19,808 nt of DNA, taken from the IMG/VR virus record IMGVR_UViG_2617270952_000001; one strand, given 5' to 3'. The position numbers were made by a program, and so were the translations under genes. Each line of letters begins with the position of its first letter. Within the stretch, counting starts at the first letter, position 1. This stretch comes from a virus. Lineage: Duplodnaviria > Heunggongvirae > Uroviricota > Caudoviricetes. A model generated the notes under the pieces. It made no database searches and was not told the DNA's origin. It saw nothing but the letters and a program-made list of their open reading frames with translations. Shown piece by piece: positions 1-6,292 of the stretch.

Positions 1-215
1 AACGCTGAAAAATGAGAGCCTGAGCCACTATCGTTTTAATAACCGGGATGAAGCCATCTCAGTAATACGGGAATACATTGAGATTTTCTACAATCGTCAG
101 CGTCGTCACTCTCGTCTGGGGAATATCTCCCCGGCAGCCTTCAGGGAAAAATATCATCAGATGGCTGCTTAAAAAAAGAACAAATGGTAGTGTCCGCTAT
201 TGCCAGTACACCTCA
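1..215 (+). mobile_element. Right end of an IS3-family insertion sequence (IS600-like); the element continues left of the window
   Basis: The transposase tail ends at 172. The terminal sequence ...CAGTACACCTCA ends in the IS3-family-typical CA at 215 (complement TGAGGTGTACTGGCAATAGCGG...). The IS600 assignment is from memory and is not verified. Confidence 0.8.
2..172 (+). CDS. IS3-family transposase OrfB, C-terminal 56 aa (5' partial at window edge)
   Basis: The frame reads TLKNESLSHYRFNNRDEAISVIREYIEIFYNRQRRHSRLGNISPAAFREKYHQMAA* (TAA 170-172). The YNRxRRHS...SP..F tail is characteristic of rve-type IS3 OrfB proteins. Confidence 0.85.
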   Translation, partial: TLKNESLSHYRFNNRDEAISVIREYIEIFYNRQRRHSRLGNISPAAFREKYHQMAA

Positions 216-646
216 CGCTTCCAGTCTTCGCGGTCGTTGTCGATAACTTCTTTTTTTGCCCAGCGATGGATGCTGCCGTCAATGTTTCCGGCATCCACAT
301 CACTAGGCCAGAGAGCGTAGGCCAGTTCGTCATCCAGTGTTTTCCATGTCTGCTTGTATTCGCGATGAATGGCAGCAATGACCGGGCTGATTTTTCCTGT
401 TGAATTTTCAGTGTACTGTTGATTGGCTCTGGCGCGGGCGAGATCAACAACAGACGTGTATTTTCCGGTTTCCTTGCGTTCACCTTCGCGACGTTTTTTC
501 CAGATGCGCATCTCTGCCTGAATTTCGGGCCATTTAGCACCAGGAATACATTTATGCTTAACCCACCCAATGGCGTGCAACTTAAGCTCCGGATACGGGT
601 TATTCCCCTCTGAACAGGCGCGTAAGGACTGGCAAAACGCCCGCAA
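216..646 (-). pseudogene. Phage-type hypothetical protein, 3' end removed by the IS insertion at 215/216
   Basis: The 149-aa ORF 197..646 has protein-like composition (...AAIHREYKQTWKTLDDELAYALWPSDVDAGNIDGSIHRWAKKEVIDNDREDW). Its last 6 codons and stop lie inside the IS terminus. The ORF-track start is a TTG at 646, and the first ATG is at 511. I did not recognise the family. Confidence 0.45.
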
Positions 647-836
647 AAAACTCTCGAGGGCAAAGGTGAAGAAACCTGCTGTGGTTGATCCGGACCTTAT
701 CTGGTCATCACCTGACGGAGAAATACGTCGCTACGACAGTCGCCTAAACATAATCTGTCGCGAGTGCCGGAAGAGCGAAGTTATGCAGCGCATACTGGCT
801 TTCTATCAGGGTAATTTTCAGGACGTGGCGCAGTGA
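570..836 (+). CDS. Small hypothetical protein translationally coupled to the methyltransferase gene; start uncertain (ATG 570 or GTG 665 behind GAGGG)
   Basis: Its stop TGA 834-836 overlaps the GTG start at 833 of the next gene (GTGA). The 5' part overlaps the divergent ORF 216..646, so the shorter version 665..836 may be the real one. Confidence 0.4.
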   Translation: MACNLSSGYGLFPSEQARKDWQNARKKLSRAKVKKPAVVDPDLIWSSPDGEIRRYDSRLNIICRECRKSEVMQRILAFYQGNFQDVAQ

Positions 837-1322
837 GTGCACCGGCAACCATTCTTGATATGTGCTGTGGCAGCCGCATGTTCTGGTTCGATAAGTCTGA
901 CGAACGGGCGATATTCAGCGATATCAGAAAAGAAGGATACACATTACGCAATGGGAGACGCTTGATTATCAGCCCTGACATTATCGCAGATTTTCGTGCA
1001 TTATCATTTGCAGACGCATCTTTTTCGATGGTTGTATTAGACCCTCCGCATCTTGAGAGTGTTGGTGATAACGCCTGGATGGGAAAGAAATATGGACGGC
1101 TGAATAAAGATGCCTGGCGTGATGATTCGCGACAGAAATTTAAAGAAGCCTTTCGGGTGTTGAGGCCGCACGGCGTTCTGATTTTTTAATGGAATGAAAC
1201 GCAAATACCGGTAAGCCAGATTCTGGCACTGACAGACAGAAAACCTGTTATCTGTCAACGAACAGGGAAAAAACGATAAAACCCACTGGATTATTTTTAT
1301 GAAAGAGGCATCCAGTGAGTAG
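833..1322 (+). pseudogene. SAM-dependent DNA methyltransferase (DPPH catalytic motif), inactivated by an in-frame TAA and a frameshift
   Basis: ILDMCCGSRMFWFDK (SAM-binding-like) and VVLDPPH (N6A/N4C methyltransferase motif IV) are present. TAA at 1187-1189 interrupts ...GVLIF*WNETQIPVSQILALTD.... The frame then breaks in the A-run at 1268-1273, and the shifted frame reads GKNDKTHWIIFMKEASSE* (stop 1320-1322). Confidence 0.7.
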
Positions 1323-1451
1323 ATTCGTAAGGCTACAGATACGTATATCTGAATAATTAAATTCAGTTCTGTAAATAAAATTTAATCCTTAACCGGATGG
1401 ATTTCTGCACCCTCAGAACATCAGGAGGCCGCCCGAAAGGGCGGTAGTGAA

Positions 1452-1634
1452 ATGCGAAAGTTCAAAATTATTATTGAAACGGGAATAGCTGGTGGAGATT
1501 TTGAGGATGTATTCGAAGTGGACGATGACGCAACACCTGAGGAAATTCATGACGGAGCATAAGAAATTTTCTTTAACTACTGCAATTACTCATACCACGA
1601 AATAAAAGACGATGAGGAAGAACAAAGTGGCTGA
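1452..1634 (+). pseudogene. Small acidic phage protein (about 60 codons) interrupted by an in-frame TAA at 1560-1562
   Basis: MRKFKIIIETGIAGGDFEDVFEVDDDATPEEIHDGA*EIFFNYCNYSYHEIKDDEEEQSG*. AGGAGG lies at 1423-1428 with a hairpin before the ATG. The frame stays open and protein-like after the stop. Confidence 0.5.
1488..1495 (+). other. Chi site (GCTGGTGG)
   Basis: Exact 8-mer match read directly from the sequence. Confidence 0.9.
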
Positions 1635-1803
1635 TTTTTGTTCAGCTAAATATAACATCAGTTTTGAAGAGCGGGATGAACTATTAATGGACTATGGTGA
1701 GTTACGCGGTGGAAGTGCTGCTGATGTCGAATCCTAGCGTGATGACTATGAAGCGGGAAAAACTCCGGTCGAAGCATATTGTGATGAGTGGGGCGATGAA
1801 TGA
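1627..1803 (+). pseudogene. Small phage ORF interrupted by an in-frame TAG at 1735-1737
   Basis: GTG 1627 sits behind GAGGAAG and overlaps the preceding stop (GTGGCTGA). An alternative ATG is at 1612. The frame reads VADFCSAKYNISFEERDELLMDYGELRGGSAADVES*RDDYEAGKTPVEAYCDEWGDE*, and its stop overlaps the next start (ATGA). Confidence 0.45.
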
Positions 1804-2087
1804 GCGAGATTAATTATCAGGAAGGGCATGAAACGGCGGGGGAAGCAAAACCAGTGGCATGGCGATATCGCTACGTGAAAAAAGGCGTTACGGACTTTCA
1901 GGGGAAGTAGTGGTCTGGTGACTGGAAATATGTACCGAAAAAAGAGGATTGTAACGACAGGCCGAACTATCAAATTCAGGCCTTATTCACTGCCTCACCA
2001 GTCCCAGTTACATCAGAAGAACTGGTTAAAGCTGTGCACTTTTATGAACAACTAAAACGCGAAAATCCACCAACATCCGGCAACTAG
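1800..2087 (+). pseudogene. Small phage ORF interrupted by an in-frame TAG at 1908-1910
   Basis: MSEINYQEGHETAGEAKPVAWRYRYVKKGVTDFQGK*WSGDWKYVPKKEDCNDRPNYQIQALFTASPVPVTSEELVKAVHFYEQLKRENPPTSGN* (stop 2085-2087). Confidence 0.5.
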
Positions 2088-2341
2088 ATTAATGGATTAA
2101 CTATGTCGGTTAAACGACCAGCCAACTGAAAAAGCGGAAACCTGATTACAGGTTGCCAGATAAGGCAATGAGCTACCTGGCGCGGAACGGACTGATAAGT
2201 ATGGGGAATGTTTTACGATGAACCTTTAGACTAAAGAGTTTGTAACGCTATGTAAGTGATTTTTTCTGGTTTAGATATTTATATGTCCGGCCAAATTGAG
2301 GTGTGTTTAAATGTAATTGCACATTGATTGTAGGAGGAATA

Positions 2342-2521
2342 ATGAAAAACGCATTGCAGTTTTTGTTTGTTGCGTTCTGGTTGTTCGCATCATGTATGCC
2401 CATCATCTTCACAGCAAGGTATATGGAAAAAGTTGATGTTTTGATATTAATATTTGGATATATAAATGCCCTTTTTTTAGGGGTGTTCATGGCGGTCATG
2501 TGCATTGAATACTGGCGGTAA
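2342..2521 (+). CDS. Small (59 aa) predicted two-helix membrane protein
   Basis: AGGAGG at 2332-2337 precedes ATG 2342. The protein is MKNALQFLFVAFWLFASCMPIIFTARYMEKVDVLILIFGYINALFLGVFMAVMCIEYWR, with two hydrophobic stretches. Confidence 0.55.
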   Translation: MKNALQFLFVAFWLFASCMPIIFTARYMEKVDVLILIFGYINALFLGVFMAVMCIEYWR

Positions 2522-2576
2522 ATACAGCGAACTCCATTGGTTTAGTTGGATATTTACTGTGCTGGACAAAAACGGT

Positions 2577-2604
2577 TTGCGGGGAAATCTTAGTTAAGTA
2601 GAAT
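2577..2604 (+). promoter_or_regulatory. Candidate sigma-70 promoter of the hok-like toxin mRNA
   Basis: TTGCGG (2577-2582), a 16-nt spacer, then TAGAAT (2599-2604). This places the start near 2611, where similarity to the 5' end of hok mRNAs (GCTTGAGGCT.TCTGCCTC) begins. Confidence 0.4.
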
Positions 2605-2610
2605 GACTGC

Positions 2611-2795
2611 GGGTGCTTGAGGCTATCTGCCTCGGGCATGGACACCAACGGCAGATAGAGAAAAGCCCCAGTTAACATTACGCGTCCTGCAAGACGCTTA
2701 ACATTAATCTGAGGCCAATTTCATGCTAGACACATGTAGGTTAGCCTCTTACGTGCCGAAAGGCACGGAGAAGCAGGCTATTGTTAACACCAAGC
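2611..2795 (+). pseudogene. hok/mok-type type I toxin locus, 5' half (leader, mok-like ORF, SD and first codons), cut by the IS
   Basis: The 15-nt string GGAGAAGCAGGCTAT (2767-2781) is identical to the SD/start region of hokD at 6056-6070, but is followed by T (ATT) instead of G (ATG). The leader resembles plasmid R1 hok mRNA as I recall it (GCTTGAGGCTaTCTGCCTC, GGCAGAtAGA, AGCCCC, ATGcTAGaCACAT, TAGCCTCTTAC). The mok-like ORF ATG 2723 now runs into the IS and stops at 2798-2800. Confidence 0.6.
2658..2735 (-). ncRNA. Sok-like antisense RNA (approximate ends)
   Basis: The minus strand reads ...GTGTCTAGCATGAAATTGGCCTCAGATTAATGTTAAGCGTCTTGCAGGACGCGTAATGTTAACTGGGGCTTTTCTCT. It is complementary to the mok start region, contains a hairpin (GCGTC-TTGCAG-GACGC), and ends in a U-rich tail in the position of R1 Sok (...ACGGGGCUAUCUUCUUU, from memory). 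Confidence 0.4.
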
Positions 2796-4222
2796 TGTAA
2801 TGTCCCCTTTGAACCATTCTAAAATGTCCCCAGACAATTCTCTGGGGGATTTTTCATGATCAAAGAGACTGTTACGATGAGTCATAAGGAACTCCACCGA
2901 CTTCAGATTATTCAGGAACAAGCTGCGGCACGCATTGGCATTTCTATTCGGCAGGTTAAACGTCTGGTGCAACGGTATAGAAATGAAGGGCCTTCTGGTC
3001 TGGTTTCCCACCGACGTGGAAAGCGTCCTAATAATTCCTTTTCTACTGAATTCAGAGCAACAGTAATTTCACTCCTCAAAGGCCGTTACGCTGATTTTGG
3101 ACCTACGTTTGCGTGCGAAAAATTGCGCGAGATACACGGTTTATCTTTATCCGTTGAAACTCTCAGAAAGTGGATGATAGAAGAGGGGTTATGGCGTGAA
3201 CGCCGTCGTAAAATTGCCCGTATATATCAACGCCGCATGCGACGACCATCTTACGGTGAACTGATCCAGATTGATGGCTCACCTCATGACTGGTTTGAAA
3301 ATCGAGGCCCCAGATGTACACTGATCGTTTTCATTGATGATGCCACCAGTGCGTTGATGGCGTTGCGTTTTGTGCCTGCTGAAACAACCCGGGCTTACAT
3401 GGAAACCCTCCGGGGTTACCTTAATGATCATGGCGTACCGCTCGCTCTCTACTCTGATAGACACAGTATATTCAGGGTAAATAACCCAGAGCGGGAAGGT
3501 GAGCTGACCCAGTTCACTCGTGCGATAAAGACACTGGGCATCGAGCCAATCCATGCCAACAGCCCGCAGGCAAAAGGGCGGGTAGAGCGCGCCAATCAGA
3601 CACTACAGGACAGGCTGGTCAAAGAAATGCGGCTTCAGAATATCAGTGATATTGAAACAGCAAATGCATGGTTGCCGACCTTTATTGAAGCCTATAACAA
3701 CCGGTTCGCTACGTCGCCTCGTACTACTGATAATGCTCATCTTGATGTGCACCATTCTGAAGAGGAACTGGGTTATATCTTCAGCCTACAGGCGAAGCGC
3801 GTTCTGTCTAAAAATCTCACTTTCCAGTACAAAAGCAGTGCGTTTCAGGTACGCAGTGAGGGCCGGGGATATCGACTTAGGCATTCGGTTGTTACTGTAT
3901 GCGAGAACTTTGACGGTGAAATTAACGTTCTGTATGACGGGAAAGCGCTGGGCTGGGAAAAGTATGTTGATGGCCCGGAGCCTATACCACTGGATGATGA
4001 AAAGAGTGTCCATGAACGAGTGGATAATGCCCGTATTGATTTACGCTCAAAATACTATGTTAAACCTAAAGCTGACCATCCCTGGCTTACGCGCCGAACG
4101 CAAAGTCATCAGCAAGTTAAGCCCCCGAAGTTACCTAAAAAGAAGCCTGATCCCGATAAAAAAGATTGAAACCAAGATCGATTCGGTTGAGTGCATATCC
4201 ATTCATAGGGTAGATTCTTAAG
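2795..4222 (+). mobile_element. Insertion sequence (~1.43 kb) with a single rve/DDE transposase, inserted in the hok-like gene; ends uncertain by about 3 nt
   Basis: Imperfect terminal inverted repeats: TGTAATGTCCCCTTTGAA (2796-2813) against the complement of 4202-4219, AAGAATCTACCCTATGAA (12/18). AAG occurs on both sides (2792-2794 and 4220-4222). hok-like sequence stops at about 2795 and resumes at about 4220. Confidence 0.7.
2856..4169 (+). CDS. DDE (rve, integrase-core) transposase with N-terminal helix-turn-helix; IS481/ISNCY-like
   Basis: The 437-aa ORF has an HTH region (IGISIRQVKRLVQRYRNEG) and a candidate catalytic triad in IQIDGSPHDW, LYSDRHSIF and GRVERANQTLQD. GGGGGA lies 6 nt upstream of ATG 2856. 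The family call is from general resemblance only. Confidence 0.9.
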   Translation: MIKETVTMSHKELHRLQIIQEQAAARIGISIRQVKRLVQRYRNEGPSGLVSHRRGKRPNNSFSTEFRATVISLLKGRYADFGPTFACEKLREIHGLSLSVETLRKWMIEEGLWRERRRKIARIYQRRMRRPSYGELIQIDGSPHDWFENRGPRCTLIVFIDDATSALMALRFVPAETTRAYMETLRGYLNDHGVPLALYSDRHSIFRVNNPEREGELTQFTRAIKTLGIEPIHANSPQAKGRVERANQTLQDRLVKEMRLQNISDIETANAWLPTFIEAYNNRFATSPRTTDNAHLDVHHSEEELGYIFSLQAKRVLSKNLTFQYKSSAFQVRSEGRGYRLRHSVVTVCENFDGEINVLYDGKALGWEKYVDGPEPIPLDDEKSVHERVDNARIDLRSKYYVKPKADHPWLTRRTQSHQQVKPPKLPKKKPDPDKKD

Positions 4223-4336
4223 TCGCGTTTCTGGTGTTCATTTTCGGGTGGTTTGTTACTTGTTTTACCGGGGATATGCCAGAAACGCGCTGAGTCAGTC
4301 TGGGCGGTGCGCGTAATGAGGCGTTATGGTAAATAG
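4220..4336 (+). pseudogene. hok-like toxin gene, 3' part (degenerate, frame-disrupted)
   Basis: A hydrophobic stretch (VAFLVFIFGWFVTCFTGD) aligns with the HokE transmembrane segment ending in GD. The C-terminal ...ICQKRAESVWAVRVMRRYGK* (stop 4334-4336; GGTAAATAGC versus R1 GGTAAGTAGC) lies in another frame. At least one frameshift is therefore present, in addition to ATT in place of ATG. Confidence 0.5.
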
Positions 4337-4562
4337 CCTATGCTAATGTCCGCTAAGAGCAAGAAGCGGAAGTTGGCAGTTTTGTGGACTGTCCCCACAA
4401 AAGTGACTACAGAAATAGTTGCAATTCATAATTGATCATGGGTTGTCAGTTAAACTCGTGGCGATTTAAATAGACTAATTGGGAGTGCGTCCATTACTTA
4501 TATCTTGTAATGTTAACTATCAGAAATGATACAAAGATAATATGTCTTTAAAGAAAAGGCTG

Positions 4563-4591
4563 ATGGCGAAAAGTGGCCCGATGAGGGCCAC
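4563..4591 (-). terminator. Rho-independent terminator downstream of flxA
   Basis: On the minus strand: GTGGCCC-TCATC-GGGCCAC followed by TTTTCGCC. Confidence 0.6.
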
Positions 4592-4605
4592 AATACGGCT
4601 GTCAC

Positions 4606-4938
4606 TTAGACGTAAATATCAATGGTGCCAGCGGTATTTGTATCGTCTTTTTTCTCTTCTTTTTTATCAGGCTGAACTGTCGCGTCTTCATTCTTTTTCT
4701 CTGCCTGCTGCCTTAACAACTGCTCCAGTTGAGCCCAGAGGCTTTCAATTTGCTTCTGTACCAATGCAGCCATTTCTTTTTTCTGCTGTGTCGTCATCCC
4801 CTCTTCCGATGAGATTTTCCCAAGCTTTTCAGTCAGCACCTGAATTTGTCTTGTGATTTTGGCTATTTCTGATGTTCCTTCCGGGGCGGAGTTGTTTGAA
4901 ATAACGGTTGAGGTATTTCCCTGAATTGTGACAGACAT
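4606..4938 (-). CDS. flxA: FlxA (Qin prophage, FliA-regulated protein)
   Basis: The 110-aa ORF MSVTIQGNTSTVISNNSAPEG...TAGTIDIYV is recognised as K-12 FlxA. An AAGGAG SD and a sigma-28 promoter lie upstream. Confidence 0.9.
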   Translation of the reverse strand: MSVTIQGNTSTVISNNSAPEGTSEIAKITRQIQVLTEKLGKISSEEGMTTQQKKEMAALVQKQIESLWAQLEQLLRQQAEKKNEDATVQPDKKEEKKDDTNTAGTIDIYV

Positions 4939-4961
4939 AGATTTCTCCTTTTAAAAAAGCA

Positions 4962-4988
4962 CTATCGGCATGCACAAAAAAATCTTTA
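4962..4988 (-). promoter_or_regulatory. Sigma-28 (FliA) class 3 promoter of flxA
   Basis: The minus strand reads TAAAGATT-N11-GCCGATAG, against the consensus TAAAGTTT-N11-GCCGATAA. Confidence 0.75.
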
Positions 4989-5069
4989 ATCGTATTTCTT
5001 GTGTCATTAATTGTTTGATGTTCAGATTGTTTTCCTCGCGGGCTGGCGCGCCTCAGAAAGTAAAGCTTG

Positions 5070-5097
5070 TTGACAGGGGTAAACGTTCGGCAATAAT
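5070..5097 (+). promoter_or_regulatory. Orphan near-consensus sigma-70 promoter pointing right (antisense to ydfV, towards relB)
   Basis: TTGACA (5070-5075), a 16-nt spacer, then AATAAT (5092-5097). No credible plus-strand ORF follows. Confidence 0.35.
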
Positions 5098-5140
5098 TTT
5101 CTGCCGCATGCGGGTGTTGCATAAAACGTGTTACGTTCCT

Positions 5141-5446
5141 TTATCGACAGGTCAGGTCACCGCTCACCCGCCGACGAGAAAGCAACACTGACATGCTAAA
5201 GCAAAAAATAGATGAATAAGTTGAGTTGTGCATATGTAGCCTGACCGTCACAAAGTATATGGTGTCTGTACCAGTAAGATGATGGCCGGACTCTTTAAAA
5301 ACGAGCTGACCTGCACAATACAGGATGGACTTAGCAATGGCTGCTCCTGGCACAAAGCGGACAGTGATCACCGTTCTTACGACTACTTTCTGACTTCCTT
5401 CGTGACTTGCCCTAAGCATGTTGTTGTGCGATACTTGTAATGACAT
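5141..5446 (-). CDS. ydfV: YdfV (Qin prophage, uncharacterised)
   Basis: The 101-aa ORF matches my recollection of K-12 YdfV. Its coding reality is doubtful because its start lies inside the relBE operator. Confidence 0.5.
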   Translation of the reverse strand: MSLQVSHNNMLRASHEGSQKVVVRTVITVRFVPGAAIAKSILYCAGQLVFKESGHHLTGTDTIYFVTVRLHMHNSTYSSIFCFSMSVLLSRRRVSGDLTCR

Positions 5447-5459
5447 TTGTAATTACAAG
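5432..5459 (+). promoter_or_regulatory. relBE operator (relO) / promoter region
   Basis: Palindromic repeats ACTTGTAATGACATTTGTAATTACAAG lie immediately upstream of the relB SD (AGAGG) and ATG 5471. Confidence 0.7.
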
Positions 5460-5470
5460 AGGTGTAAGAC

Positions 5471-5710
5471 ATGGGTAGCATTAACCTGCGTATTGACGAT
5501 GAACTTAAAGCGCGTTCTTACGCCGCGCTTGAAAAAATGGGTGTAACTCCTTCTGAAGCGCTTCGTCTCATGCTCGAGTATATCGCTGACAATGAACGCT
5601 TGCCGTTCAAACAGACACTCCTGAGTGATGAAGATGCTGAACTTGTGGAGATAGTGAAAGAACGGCTTCGTAATCCTAAGCCAGTACGTGTGACGCTGGA
5701 TGAACTCTGA
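5471..5710 (+). CDS. relB: RelB antitoxin
   Basis: The 79-aa MGSINLRIDDELKARSYAALEKMGV...VRVTLDEL is recognised as K-12 RelB. It overlaps relE by TGATG. Confidence 0.95.
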   Translation: MGSINLRIDDELKARSYAALEKMGVTPSEALRLMLEYIADNERLPFKQTLLSDEDAELVEIVKERLRNPKPVRVTLDEL

Positions 5711-5997
5711 TGGCGTATTTTCTGGATTTTGACGAGCGGGCACTAAAGGAATGGCGAAAGCTGGGCTCGACGGTACGTGAACAGTTGAAAAAGAAGCTGG
5801 TTGAAGTACTTGAGTCACCCCGGATTGAAGCAAACAAGCTCCGTGGTATGCCTGATTGTTACAAGATTAAGCTCCGGTCTTCAGGCTATCGCCTTGTATA
5901 CCAGGTTATAGACGAGAAAGTTGTCGTTTTCGTGATTTCTGTTGGGAAAAGAGAACGCTCGGAAGTATATAGCGAGGCGGTCAAACGCATTCTCTGA
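5710..5997 (+). CDS. relE: RelE mRNA interferase toxin
   Basis: The 95-aa MAYFLDFDERALKEWRKLGSTVREQLKKKL...AVKRIL is recognised as K-12 RelE. Confidence 0.95.
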   Translation: MAYFLDFDERALKEWRKLGSTVREQLKKKLVEVLESPRIEANKLRGMPDCYKIKLRSSGYRLVYQVIDEKVVVFVISVGKRERSEVYSEAVKRIL

Positions 5998-6068
5998 ACC
6001 AAAGCATGACATCTCTGTTTCGCACCGAAGGTGACACTTCTGCTTTGCGTTGACAGGAGAAGCAGGCT

Positions 6069-6224
6069 ATGAAGCAGCAAAAGGCGATGTTAATCGCCCT
6101 GATCGTCATCTGTTTAACCGTCATAGTGACGGCACTGGTAACGAGGAAAGACCTCTGCGAGGTACGAATCCGAACCGGCCAGACGGAGGTCGCTGTCTTC
6201 ACAGCTTACGAACCTGAGGAGTAA
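6069..6224 (+). CDS. hokD: HokD (RelF) small membrane toxin, 51 aa
   Basis: ATG 6069 sits behind GGAGAAG. The protein MKQQKAMLIALIVICLTVIVTALVTRKDLCEVRIRTGQTEVAVFTAYEPEE* is below the ORF-track length cut-off. Confidence 0.9.
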   Translation: MKQQKAMLIALIVICLTVIVTALVTRKDLCEVRIRTGQTEVAVFTAYEPEE

Positions 6225-6292
6225 GAGACCCGGCGGGGGAGAAATCCCTCGCCACCTCTGATGTGGCAGGCATCCTCAACGCACCCGCACTT

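Noticed and set aside
2755-2764. GCCGAAAGGC occurs both here and in the cspB 5' UTR (8830-8839). I considered a shared cold-shock upstream-box regulatory element.
   Set aside because: It is a short GAAA-tetraloop hairpin. Here it occupies the position of the hairpin preceding the hok SD in hok-family mRNAs. A 10-nt match is not enough to infer common regulation.
2521-2795. A highly structured, ORF-poor stretch that I considered as a retron msr/msd, a tRNA-like element or a novel sRNA.
   Set aside because: No reverse transcriptase gene is nearby and no tRNA cloverleaf can be drawn. The structure is explained by hok/sok-family leader elements.
3646-4221. A 191-aa alternative-frame ORF, plus minus-strand ORFs 3279..3554 and 3786..4013, all within the IS.
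   Set aside because: They lie entirely inside the 437-aa transposase frame, which has clear DDE/HTH features. They have no start signals.
4381-4411. An alternative right end for the IS at 4411. The sequence there ends ...GTGACTACA, mirroring the TGTA at 2796. An 8-bp hairpin (TTTTGTGG-ACTGTCC-CCACAAAA) lies beside it, and a TGTCCCCA motif is also present near the left end.
   Set aside because: The inverted-repeat match beyond TGTA is poor, and the shared motif is direct rather than inverted. Hok-like coding and 3' sequence (ending GGTAAATAGC) resume at about 4220, so 4220-4411 belongs to the interrupted hok locus and not to the IS.
4542-4856. A 104-aa plus-strand ORF overlapping flxA, plus ORFs 4829..5122- and 4970..5191+.
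   Set aside because: The first is antisense to the confidently identified flxA. The other two span the flxA promoter region and have no translation signals.
5453-5833. A 126-aa minus-strand ORF across relB and relE. Also ORFs 5886..6080- and 5981..6202- across relE and hokD.
   Set aside because: They are antisense to three confidently identified genes, and the translations have no recognisable features.
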